IMG/VR virus record: IMGVR_UViG_3300047157_000197
Span: 124,001 to 188,000 of that record
Direction: 5' to 3' (one strand)
Length of the DNA: 64,000 bases
Within the stretch, counting starts at the first letter, position 1; the number at the start of each line of letters is the position of its first letter. Below the pieces are notes generated by a model. It did no database searches. It was not told where the DNA came from and saw nothing but the letters and a program-made list of their open reading frames with translations. Both the position numbers and the translations under genes were made by a program. Positions 10,404 through 20,313 of the stretch are shown piece by piece.

Positions 10404-13400
10404 ATGGCAGTTTATACATTAAAATTTAGAAGAGGTACGACAATACCTTCATTAGTAGAATCAGAACCGTTCTTTAAAACAGATAGTGATACCTTACATA
10501 TAGGAGATGGGTCATCAAGTATTACTTTAGTAAAACTTGGTTCGAATACTGGTGACATTAATTTTACTGGCGATATCACTGCATCAAATATATCAGTTAC
10601 CAATGACTTAACAATTGGTGGTAATATTATTTTAGGAAACGAAATTCAAGATAATATAACAGTATCAGGACAATTTGATTCTGATTTAATCCCATCTGCA
10701 TCAGCACTTTACGATATAGGTTCTAGCACAAAAAAATGGAAAAAGATTTTTGCGGTTTCTGCATCATTTGATAATTTATCATTAGATGGAACAGGAGTTT
10801 TATCAGGTTCAGACCAATTAACAGGTTCTTTTTTAGAAATAGGTGGTGATAATGTATTTAGTGGGTCATCACAAGTAAATGCAGATTCAATTACAAACTT
10901 TGATTCAAATGTAAAAGCAAAATTAGATACTGAAACAGTAATTAGTGGTTCATCACAAGTTTCTTATGTAGGACTTTCAAACATACCAAGTAATATTGTA
11001 TCAGGTTCATCACAAGTTTCTTATGTAGGACTTTCAAACATACCAAGTGGCATCGTTAGTGGTTCATCACAAATAACAATTACCGAATCTCAAATTTCGG
11101 ATTTATCACATACAGATATAAGTTCACTAAACACTTATACTGGTTCAAACAATACAACCCAATCAATACAAAATTCTAGATTAGACCAACTTTCAACTGA
11201 AACTGGTTCTATTACTACTGAACAAGGAATACAAGATTCAAGATTAGACCAACTTTCAACTGAAACAGGTTCTATCACATCAGAACAATCAGTTCAAGAC
11301 CAACGATTAGGTGCTATTGAAGCAGATAGTGGTTCTTATTTAAAAACTGTTGATATTTCAACTGATACAAATTTAGCTGTAAGTGATACTTCACAAGTTG
11401 ATATGATTTTAACTGGTGATACTCTATCAGCAAACTTAAAGGGTGGTGTTGTATCTGGTTCAATCCAAATATTAGGTGGAAGTACAATTCTTTCATCATC
11501 AAATGAAAACTTTAATGGATTCTCATCTTCAATAGATAGTAGATTAGATACAATTGAAGGACCTCTTTCTACATCAATAGATAGTAGATTAGATTCATTA
11601 GAATCTGATACACATACACATTCAAACAAATCCACACTTGATGGAATTAATCAAGGATTATCAACATCGGATAATGTAACTTTTGCAGATGGAGATTTTA
11701 CAGGTGATGTTCAAGTAACTGGTAATTTAACAGTATTAGGTTCTGCAGTTGAAATTTCTTCAACAGAATTAAGTATTGAAGATAAATTAATTACAGTTGC
11801 AAGTGGTTCTGCAGATTCTGCAGCATCAGATGGTGCTGGTATTGAAATAGCAGGAGCAAATAAATCATTAAAATGGGACCATAACACAACTTCTTTCGTA
11901 TTAGATGCAAAAGTAAGTTCATCAGTAGGATTTAAAGGAGATGGTTCAGAATTAACTGGAGTAACTGCAGCATCTGTTGGTTATTCAAACATTACATCAA
12001 TACCAAGTGGTATTGTAAGTGGTTCATCTCAAATAGTATATAATAGTGTTTCATCAATACCAAGTGGTATTGTAAGTGGTTCATCGCAAGTAAATGCTGA
12101 TTCAATTACAAACTTTGATGAAAATGTAAAACAGAAAATGACTGATGAGGTTGCTCATAGTGGTTCATTCTTAGGAACTGCAACAACTACTCATTTAGAT
12201 GAGGGTGGTAATCTTTATTGGACAGAAACAAGATTTAGTGAATCACTTGATGATAGAGGAGTAATTAGTGGTTCCTCTCAAACATTAGAAATATTAAATT
12301 CTTTAAATTCATATACATCTTCAAACGATACAATAAATACAACTCAGAATACAAGATTAGACCAACTTTCAACTGAAACTGGTTCTATTACTACTGAACA
12401 ATCAGTTCAAGACCAAAGATTATCAGCAATTGAAGCAGATAGTGGTTCTTATTTAAAAACTGTTGATATATCGAGTGATACAAACTTAGCAGTATCAGAT
12501 AGTGCGAATATAGATATGATTTTAACCGATGATACTCTATCAGCAAACTTAAAAGGTGGTGTTGTATCTGGTTCTGAACAACTAAGTAGTACTTTCCTAT
12601 CAAAACTTGGAGATAATGTGTTAAGTAGTTCTGCATTTAGTTCTCCATCACAAGGAACGATTCGAGCAACAATTAATGGAGTAAATTCTGATGTAGATAG
12701 TGGATTACAAATAACAGATTCACCATCGTTCAATGCATTATCATTAAGTTCACTTTCAGAAATAGCTGGTAGTCAATTTAGTGCTTTATTTGTAAGTTCA
12801 TCAAACCTAATAGGTAAACGAGATTTAGGTACAAGTGCTTTTTTACATTATTCAAATTCTATTGATGATGGTAACTCACAAGTAATTGGTACTGCACAGG
12901 CAGTTAAAAATTATGTAGATGCTCAATTTATAGAAGCCGGTGCAGGTGATATTACAGAAGTAGTTGCAGGTAATGGTTTAAGTGGAGGAGCACAGACTGG
13001 TTCTGCAACTCTTACAATAGATACAGGTTCAGCTCACTTCTTAGGTGGAGTTTCAGCAGCTGGAGCACCTACAGGAACAGTTTCAGGTTCTCAACAAGTA
13101 ATTGACCATTTACCAACTGGTACTGTTAGTGGTTCATCGCAAATAACAATAACAGAATCACAAATAAGTGATTTAGACCATTATACTGATTCAGATGTAA
13201 AACTTAAATTAGATGCAGATGGAGTAATTAGTGGTTCATCTCAACTTTATAGTGATTTAGATTTACGATATAATAACGAACTTGGAGAAGGTATAATTAG
13301 TGGTTCATCACAAGTTGATGTAACTGCAACAACTAATTATTCTTCAATAAATCAATATTCTGATTCAAAGGTAAAACTTAAATTAGATGCAGATGGTGTA

Positions 13401-15566
13401 ATTAGTGGTTCATCTCAAATAACAATAACAGAATCTCAGATTTCTGATTTATCTCACTATACTGATGCTAATGTAAAAACTAAATTAGATTCAGAAGGTG
13501 TAATTAGTGGTTCATCACAAATAGACCACGATTCAACTACAAACTTTGTAGCAAACGAACATATTGACCACTCAAGTATTACAATTGGTAGTGGTAAGGG
13601 TTTAACTGGTGGTGGTACTATTGATACAAATAGAAGTTTATCATTAGATACTGGTTCAGTACACTTTAACGAGGGTGTAGTAACTAATCTAATATCTTTA
13701 AACTCATATACTTCATCAAACGATATAGATATAACAGAATTATTTGCATCTTCTTCGGACCATGAAGGAAGAATCGATACTTTAGAGGGAGAGGCTCATG
13801 AAAATCCACTTACTTTTAATGATACTACTCAAGTTGATTTAATTAGAGCAGGTAATGTAATTACTGCAAATCTTAAAGGTGGAGTAATAAGTGGTTCATC
13901 TCAAGTAGATGTTGCTTCAACTACAAACTACTCTAGTATTAATCAATATAGTGATGCAAAAGTAAAAACAAAATTAGATGCAGAAACAGTAATAAGTGGG
14001 TCATCTCAAGTAATTGATTTTGTTACCAATGGTGATTTAGATATGGGTGGTAATAAAGTTCTCTTTGGGAATGTTTATTCAAGTGAAGGAGATTTACCAA
14101 CCGCAAGTACATATCATGGTATGTTTGCTCATGTTCATGGAACTGGCAAAGGATATTATGCACATGGTGGTAATTGGATAAAACTTATAGATGAAAGTTC
14201 ATCAGATACCAATGATTTATCAGAAGGTTCTTCAAATCTTTATTATACAGATGCAAGAGTAAAAACAAAATTAACTGCAGAAGAAGTTGTTAGTGGTTCA
14301 GCTTCAGATGTAAAATCGTTCTTATCCATATCCTCATCGGATATTTCTGATGTTGAAGCGTTCTCACAAAGTGGAACATATGCAAGTTTAAGAGCACAAG
14401 CAACAACTGCAACTGATGTTGGATTAGGAAATGTAACAAACGAATCTAAAGCAACTATGTTTACATCAGCTGCTCTAACATCCAATCCAACCGCACCAAC
14501 TCAAGCTGGTAGTGATGATTCTACTAAAATTGCAACAACTGCGTTTGTTCAAGATAGAATAGAAACAGTTATTGGTAGTGCAGGTTCTACATTAGATACT
14601 TTGGGTGAACTTTCTGCTTCTTTAGCAGATGATTCTGGTTCACTTGCAAGTTTAGTAACAGAAGTAGGAACAAAATTAGCAAAGGCATCTAACTTATCAG
14701 ATTTAGCAGATGCATCAACTTCAAGAACAAACTTAGGAGTTGAAATTGGAACAGATGTACAAGCTTATAACGCAACACTAGCTGCTGTTGCCGATAGTAC
14801 TTATACTGGTGATAATGCAATTACAACATTAGGAACAATCGGAACAGGTGTATGGGAAGGTACTGCAATTAATCAAACTTACTTAAATGGACAAAGTGGA
14901 ACCAACACAGGTGATGAATCAGATGCAAGTGTAACAGTCAAAGGTATTGTAGAATTAGCAACTACTGCTGAAACAACTACTGGTACTGATGCAACAAGAG
15001 CAGTAACACCTGATGGATTGAAGGATGGTTACCAAGGTTCAACTAATGTAGATACTCTTGGTACAATTACGAGTGGTACATGGAATGGTAGTGTAATCGC
15101 ATCGGCTTATTTAGATTCTGATACTGCACACCTAAGTGGAACACAAACATTTAGTGGAGCTAAAACATTCTCTAACACAACTGCATCAACAAGTAAAACT
15201 GAAGGAGCAGTTATAGTGACTGGTGGTGTAGGTATTGGTGGAACATTGAATGTAGGTGGTGATGTTGTAGCATACGCATCATCAGATGAAAGATTAAAAA
15301 ATAATATTCAACCGATTAAAAACCCAATAGAAAAAATAAATTCAATTTCTGGTAACAGTTTTAGTTGGAATGAGGAAAAACAAGATATTTATAAAGGTAA
15401 CGATTACGGTGTAATTGCTCAGGAAATTGAAAAAATATTACCAGAACTTGTAGATACTCGTGATGATGGTTATAAAGCCGTAAAATATGATAAATTAATA
15501 TCACTATTAATTGAAGGTATCAAAGAGTTATCAAGTGAAGTAACTAAATTAAAAGAAAAAAACTAG
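10404..15566 (+). CDS. Long tail fibre protein with C-terminal intramolecular chaperone (peptidase S74)
   Basis: C-terminal SSDERLKNNI...YGVIAQEIE...VKYDKLISLLIEGIKEL; N-terminal LKFRRG; 14 SGSSQ repeats by my count; PTAPT/KIATTAFV fibre motifs. Confidence 0.8.
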   Translation: MAVYTLKFRRGTTIPSLVESEPFFKTDSDTLHIGDGSSSITLVKLGSNTGDINFTGDITASNISVTNDLTIGGNIILGNEIQDNITVSGQFDSDLIPSASALYDIGSSTKKWKKIFAVSASFDNLSLDGTGVLSGSDQLTGSFLEIGGDNVFSGSSQVNADSITNFDSNVKAKLDTETVISGSSQVSYVGLSNIPSNIVSGSSQVSYVGLSNIPSGIVSGSSQITITESQISDLSHTDISSLNTYTGSNNTTQSIQNSRLDQLSTETGSITTEQGIQDSRLDQLSTETGSITSEQSVQDQRLGAIEADSGSYLKTVDISTDTNLAVSDTSQVDMILTGDTLSANLKGGVVSGSIQILGGSTILSSSNENFNGFSSSIDSRLDTIEGPLSTSIDSRLDSLESDTHTHSNKSTLDGINQGLSTSDNVTFADGDFTGDVQVTGNLTVLGSAVEISSTELSIEDKLITVASGSADSAASDGAGIEIAGANKSLKWDHNTTSFVLDAKVSSSVGFKGDGSELTGVTAASVGYSNITSIPSGIVSGSSQIVYNSVSSIPSGIVSGSSQVNADSITNFDENVKQKMTDEVAHSGSFLGTATTTHLDEGGNLYWTETRFSESLDDRGVISGSSQTLEILNSLNSYTSSNDTINTTQNTRLDQLSTETGSITTEQSVQDQRLSAIEADSGSYLKTVDISSDTNLAVSDSANIDMILTDDTLSANLKGGVVSGSEQLSSTFLSKLGDNVLSSSAFSSPSQGTIRATINGVNSDVDSGLQITDSPSFNALSLSSLSEIAGSQFSALFVSSSNLIGKRDLGTSAFLHYSNSIDDGNSQVIGTAQAVKNYVDAQFIEAGAGDITEVVAGNGLSGGAQTGSATLTIDTGSAHFLGGVSAAGAPTGTVSGSQQVIDHLPTGTVSGSSQITITESQISDLDHYTDSDVKLKLDADGVISGSSQLYSDLDLRYNNELGEGIISGSSQVDVTATTNYSSINQYSDSKVKLKLDADGVISGSSQITITESQISDLSHYTDANVKTKLDSEGVISGSSQIDHDSTTNFVANEHIDHSSITIGSGKGLTGGGTIDTNRSLSLDTGSVHFNEGVVTNLISLNSYTSSNDIDITELFASSSDHEGRIDTLEGEAHENPLTFNDTTQVDLIRAGNVITANLKGGVISGSSQVDVASTTNYSSINQYSDAKVKTKLDAETVISGSSQVIDFVTNGDLDMGGNKVLFGNVYSSEGDLPTASTYHGMFAHVHGTGKGYYAHGGNWIKLIDESSSDTNDLSEGSSNLYYTDARVKTKLTAEEVVSGSASDVKSFLSISSSDISDVEAFSQSGTYASLRAQATTATDVGLGNVTNESKATMFTSAALTSNPTAPTQAGSDDSTKIATTAFVQDRIETVIGSAGSTLDTLGELSASLADDSGSLASLVTEVGTKLAKASNLSDLADASTSRTNLGVEIGTDVQAYNATLAAVADSTYTGDNAITTLGTIGTGVWEGTAINQTYLNGQSGTNTGDESDASVTVKGIVELATTAETTTGTDATRAVTPDGLKDGYQGSTNVDTLGTITSGTWNGSVIASAYLDSDTAHLSGTQTFSGAKTFSNTTASTSKTEGAVIVTGGVGIGGTLNVGGDVVAYASSDERLKNNIQPIKNPIEKINSISGNSFSWNEEKQDIYKGNDYGVIAQEIEKILPELVDTRDDGYKAVKYDKLISLLIEGIKELSSEVTKLKEKN
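10947..11048 (+). repeat. In-frame 57-bp-period tandem duplication (SGSSQVSYVGLSNIPS x2)
   Basis: 45 identical nt starting at 10947 and again at 11004. Confidence 0.8.
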
Positions 15567-15578
15567 GAAAGCAAACGA

Positions 15579-16226
15579 ATGGCACAAATAATTAAACTTA
15601 AAAGAAGTATTGCAGCTGGTAGTAAGCCAACAACATCTGATTTAGCAATTGGTGAATTGGCAATGAATGTAACGGATGGAAAAGTGTTTCTTCGTAAAAG
15701 TGGTTCTGCTGGTGATAATGTAAAAGAATTAGTAACACTTGACCATGATGGAACTTTAAGTGGTTCACTAAACATCACAGGTTCTATTACTGCATCTGCA
15801 TTCGTAGGAGATGGTTCACGATTAACAAATATAACAGTATCTCAAAACGCAACTGTAAAAAAGCAATTTACCAATTCAGTATCTTGGAGTGTAGACCATA
15901 ATTTATCTACACCAAATGCAATAATTCAAGCATACGATTCTACAAATTATCAAATAATTCCAGAAAGTGTGTTAATAATTGATGATGATAATATATTAAT
16001 TACATTTCCTGCACCTGAAAGTGGTTATGTAGTAGTTGCTAAAGGTGGTCACATTGTTAGTGGTTCAATCGAAGTAGAAAATATTAGTGGATTTGATGCA
16101 AGAGTATTAGATGAAATAAACGAAGCTGGTGTATTTAGTGGTTCAGCACAAATAACTCTAACAGGTGATGTTACAGGAACAGGTAATGCAACTGTTATAT
16201 CAACCGTTGATGGAGAAACATTTTAA
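15579..16226 (+). CDS. Fibre adaptor/structural protein (Mtd_N-like N-terminus, HNL domain, DGETF end)
   Basis: MAQIIKLKRS...GELAMNVTDGKVF; VDHNLSTPNAIIQAYD; ends VDGETF. Confidence 0.65.
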   Translation: MAQIIKLKRSIAAGSKPTTSDLAIGELAMNVTDGKVFLRKSGSAGDNVKELVTLDHDGTLSGSLNITGSITASAFVGDGSRLTNITVSQNATVKKQFTNSVSWSVDHNLSTPNAIIQAYDSTNYQIIPESVLIIDDDNILITFPAPESGYVVVAKGGHIVSGSIEVENISGFDARVLDEINEAGVFSGSAQITLTGDVTGTGNATVISTVDGETF

Positions 16227-16273
16227 TTAAAATACAATATTTATAATAAGAAAATTAATAAGGAAAAAATAAC

Positions 16274-19200
16274 ATGATTATACATAATCCCAAGATATCA
16301 GGTTCATTACAATTCCCATCAGATGAGAATGGCAATTTAATAACCTTTCAAGTACAGAATGGTACTCTTGAAACCATAACCTTAAACTCAAGTGGAGTTG
16401 ACCAAGGAATACAACCAGCTGTTAATTATTCTGGTTCATTCACAGGTTCATTTGTTGGAGATGGTTCAAGTTTAACTGGTGTAGCCGCAAGTGGTTTTAA
16501 CATTGATATTTTAGATGCCGTTGGTGGTGCTTCAGTCGAACAATCTGATACATTTCTTATTAGTGATGCTGGAACTGAAAAGAAAATAACATTCTCAAAC
16601 ATAGAAGATTCAATATTTGCAAATGTAAGTGGAGATGTTAGTGTTGCTGCCGGTGGTGTTGCAACTCTTAATAGAGCTGGAGTAATATCTGGTTCTGCTC
16701 AAATTACAGCATTAGGATTTTCTACTACTGATAATGAATTAACTACTGAAGAAGTTCAAGATATAGTAGGTGGAATGGTAAGTGGTAATACCGAAAGTGG
16801 TATTAGTGTTACTTATGATGATACTGGTAATTCATTAGATTTCTCAGTTACATCACAAACAGAAAATGATTTTACAACTGTATTAAAAGATAAACTAGAT
16901 GGAATTGCTGCATCGGCAAACAATTATGCATTACCAACTAACTTAGCTGGTGATGATATAGATATTGATACAACTGCATTAAGTGGAGCAACTGTAATAT
17001 CAGATTTAGACCTTAACATAACAACAAATACAAGTGGATTAGTAACAGATGCAAATGGTAGTATTTCAACAAGAGATTTAACACCAAGTGATTTAGGATT
17101 AGGAAATGTAGATAATACTTCTGATGCTAACAAACCAGTATCAACTGCTCAACAAACAGAAATTGATACCAAAGCTGATATTGCTTCACCAGCATTAACT
17201 GGTAATCCAACTGCACCAACACAAGCTGATAACGATAACTCAACTAAAATCGCAACAACTGCGTATGTACAAAGAGAAGTATCTGATTTATTAGGTGGTG
17301 CACCCGCAGCGTTTGATACATTATTAGAAATTTCTGCAAGTATTGCAAATGGGGATAGTGATGTAGTTGCATTAACAACAACAGTAGGTGGAAAACTACA
17401 AAAAGACCAAAACTTAAGTGATTTAACAAATGCTTCAACTGCAAGAACTAACTTAGGAGTTGCAATTGGTTCAGATGTACAAGCATTTAATTCAACATTG
17501 GCAACTGTTGCTGGTGGAACATATGCTGGTGATAACTCAATAGTAACAATAGGTACTGTAACCACAGGTGATGTACAAACAATATTACCAAGTGGAGTTG
17601 TATCTGGTTCATCTCAAGTACAAGCATTAGGTGGTGTTAATGATAATACAATTACATTTACTGCAGGTGCAGGATTAGATGGTGGTGGTGCAATAACACT
17701 TAACCAAGGTTCAGATGAAACAGTAACATTTACAGTAGGTGATGGAGTTATAAGTGGTTCATCACAAGTAAGTGGTATAACAAATACTCAATTAGCTGGT
17801 TCAATAGCTAATTCAAAATTATCAAATTCAAGTATAACAATAGATGGTTCGGCTATCTCACTAGGTGGTTCAGTAACAACTTTACAATTAGGTTCAACTT
17901 CATCAACTGCACTTGCAGGTGATACTACAACTATTAGTGGTGGACAAGCTTCAGCAATTACTGCTAATACTGCTAAAGTTGGATATACTGATGCACTTGT
18001 AAAATCAAAATTAGATACAGAAGCAGTACTTAGTGGTTCAATTACATCAGCTGATATTTCTGATGTTGCTGCGTTCTCACAAAGTGGTACATATAGTGGA
18101 TTAAGAGCTCAAGCAACTACTGCTGGTGATGTTGGATTAGGAAATGTAACAAATGAAAGTAAAGCAACGATGTTTACATCAGCTGCTTTAACAAGTAACC
18201 CAACTGCACCAACTCAAACTGGTACAGATGATTCTACTAAAATAGCAACAACTGCTTTCGTACAAGATAGAATAGATACAATTATAGGAAACGCTGGTTC
18301 AACTTTAGATACTTTAGGTGAACTTTCAGCTTCTTTATCTGATGATGAAGATGCACTAACTTCTTTAACCACAACTGTTGGTACTAAGTTAGCAAAGGCA
18401 TCTAACTTATCTGATTTAGCAAATGCTGGAACTGCTAGAACAAACTTAGGTGTAGATGCAGCAGGAACTGATAATTCAACAGATGTAACTTTAGCTGGTA
18501 ACGATTACTTAACTATAAGTGGACAAGAAATTACTGCAGGTGCTATAAACAATGATGATTTAACAAATTCATCAATTACAATAGATGGTTCAGCTGTTTC
18601 ATTAGGTGGTTCAATTACAACAAATAACACACAATTATCAACAGAAGCAGTTCAAGATATAGTAGGTGGAATGGTAAGTGGTAATACTGAAAGTGGTATT
18701 ACAGTAACTTATGATGATGCTGGCAATTCATTAGATTTCTCAGTTGCATCTCAAACAGACGAAAACTTTACTACAGCTGACCATTCTAAATTAGATGGTA
18801 TCGAAACAGGTGCTACAGCGGACCAATCTGCATCAGAAATAAGAACTTTAATAGGAACTGGTAATGGGAATTTAGTACCAGCGGAAGGAACAGCCGGTCA
18901 TTTCTTAAAACATGACGGTACATTTGGTTTACCATCTTATACTACAAATACAGATACAAACACACAACTAACACAAGAACAAGTTGAAGATTTCGTAGGT
19001 GGAATGTTAGATGGAACAGAAACAGGAATTACTGTTGGATATGATGATACTAATGGTAACCTTGATTTCGTAGTTGCAACTCAATCTGATAACAACTTTA
19101 CAACTGCTTTAAAAAATAAATTAGATGGTATTGAAGCATCTGCAGATGTAAACGTTGTTACAAGTGTAGCAAGTAAAACAGGAGATGTTTCTTTAGTAAA

Positions 19201-20194
19201 AGGAGATGTAGGTTTAGGAAATGTAGATAATACTGCAGATTCTGCTAAACCAGTTTCAACTGCACAACAAACTGCATTGGATTTGAAAGCTAATTTGGCT
19301 TCTCCTACATTTACAGGAACACCAATATCAACAACACCAAGTGCTAATGATGATTCTACAAAAATAGCAACTACTGCTTATGTACAAGCAGAACTTACAG
19401 AGTTAATTGGTACTGCACCAGCAACATTAGATACATTAGGAGAAATTTCAGCAAGTATTGCAAATGGAGATTCGGATGTAGTTGCTTTAACTACAACAGT
19501 TGGAACAAAGTTAGCTAAAGCAAGTAACTTATCTGATTTAGCAAACGCATCAACTGCAAGAGGTAATCTAGGTGTAGATGCAGCAGGAACTGATAACTCA
19601 ACTAATGTAAGTTTAACTGGTACACCTGATTATATAACAATAAGTGGACAAGTAATTACAAGAAATCAAATTGATTTAGCAAATGATGTAACAGGTGTGT
19701 TACCATCGGCTAATTTAGATTCAGATACGGCACACTTAAGTGGAACACAAACATTTAGTGGTGCTAAATCATTCTCCTCAGCTGTTAACATAGATGCAAC
19801 AACTGCATCAACAAGTAAAACTGAAGGAGCATTAATTGTAGATGGTGGTGTAGGTATCGCAGGAGCATTAAACGTAGGTGGAGATGTTGTAGCATACGCT
19901 TCTTCGGATGAAAGATTAAAAGATAATATAGAACTTATTTCTAATCCAATTGAAAAAGTACAATCACTTAAAGGTGTTACTTGGAATTGGAATGATAATG
20001 CAGATGAGTTACAACAATCATTACCAAATGTTGGTGTAATTGCACAAGATGTTGAGAAAGTTCTACCACAGTTGGTAACTGATAGAGATAATGGATTTAA
20101 GGGTGTAGATTATGCTAAACTTACTGGATTACTTATCGAAGCAGTTAAAGACCAACAAAAACAGATTGATGAATTGAAGAATAAACTATCTTAA
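16274..20194 (+). CDS. Tail fibre protein with C-terminal peptidase S74 chaperone
   Basis: SSDERLKDNI...VGVIAQDVE...VDYAKLTGLLIEAVKD; repeats GLGNVDNT(S/A)D..KPVSTAQQ and PTAPT. Confidence 0.8.
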   Translation: MIIHNPKISGSLQFPSDENGNLITFQVQNGTLETITLNSSGVDQGIQPAVNYSGSFTGSFVGDGSSLTGVAASGFNIDILDAVGGASVEQSDTFLISDAGTEKKITFSNIEDSIFANVSGDVSVAAGGVATLNRAGVISGSAQITALGFSTTDNELTTEEVQDIVGGMVSGNTESGISVTYDDTGNSLDFSVTSQTENDFTTVLKDKLDGIAASANNYALPTNLAGDDIDIDTTALSGATVISDLDLNITTNTSGLVTDANGSISTRDLTPSDLGLGNVDNTSDANKPVSTAQQTEIDTKADIASPALTGNPTAPTQADNDNSTKIATTAYVQREVSDLLGGAPAAFDTLLEISASIANGDSDVVALTTTVGGKLQKDQNLSDLTNASTARTNLGVAIGSDVQAFNSTLATVAGGTYAGDNSIVTIGTVTTGDVQTILPSGVVSGSSQVQALGGVNDNTITFTAGAGLDGGGAITLNQGSDETVTFTVGDGVISGSSQVSGITNTQLAGSIANSKLSNSSITIDGSAISLGGSVTTLQLGSTSSTALAGDTTTISGGQASAITANTAKVGYTDALVKSKLDTEAVLSGSITSADISDVAAFSQSGTYSGLRAQATTAGDVGLGNVTNESKATMFTSAALTSNPTAPTQTGTDDSTKIATTAFVQDRIDTIIGNAGSTLDTLGELSASLSDDEDALTSLTTTVGTKLAKASNLSDLANAGTARTNLGVDAAGTDNSTDVTLAGNDYLTISGQEITAGAINNDDLTNSSITIDGSAVSLGGSITTNNTQLSTEAVQDIVGGMVSGNTESGITVTYDDAGNSLDFSVASQTDENFTTADHSKLDGIETGATADQSASEIRTLIGTGNGNLVPAEGTAGHFLKHDGTFGLPSYTTNTDTNTQLTQEQVEDFVGGMLDGTETGITVGYDDTNGNLDFVVATQSDNNFTTALKNKLDGIEASADVNVVTSVASKTGDVSLVKGDVGLGNVDNTADSAKPVSTAQQTALDLKANLASPTFTGTPISTTPSANDDSTKIATTAYVQAELTELIGTAPATLDTLGEISASIANGDSDVVALTTTVGTKLAKASNLSDLANASTARGNLGVDAAGTDNSTNVSLTGTPDYITISGQVITRNQIDLANDVTGVLPSANLDSDTAHLSGTQTFSGAKSFSSAVNIDATTASTSKTEGALIVDGGVGIAGALNVGGDVVAYASSDERLKDNIELISNPIEKVQSLKGVTWNWNDNADELQQSLPNVGVIAQDVEKVLPQLVTDRDNGFKGVDYAKLTGLLIEAVKDQQKQIDELKNKLS

Positions 20195-20313
20195 ATAAGA
20201 GAGTTCATTTAACGATTCAAATTTTAAAAAGTTAAATAGTATATATATATCTTTATATAAAGGTAATATACTATTTAGGGTAGATAATTATATAAACAAG
20301 GTAAGTCATATAT

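Noticed and set aside
7242-20194. Diversity-generating retroelement acting on fibre genes
   Set aside because: Repeat copies are all in-frame coding modules differing mostly at synonymous sites, not adenine-specific TR/VR pairs, and there is no RT in the window.
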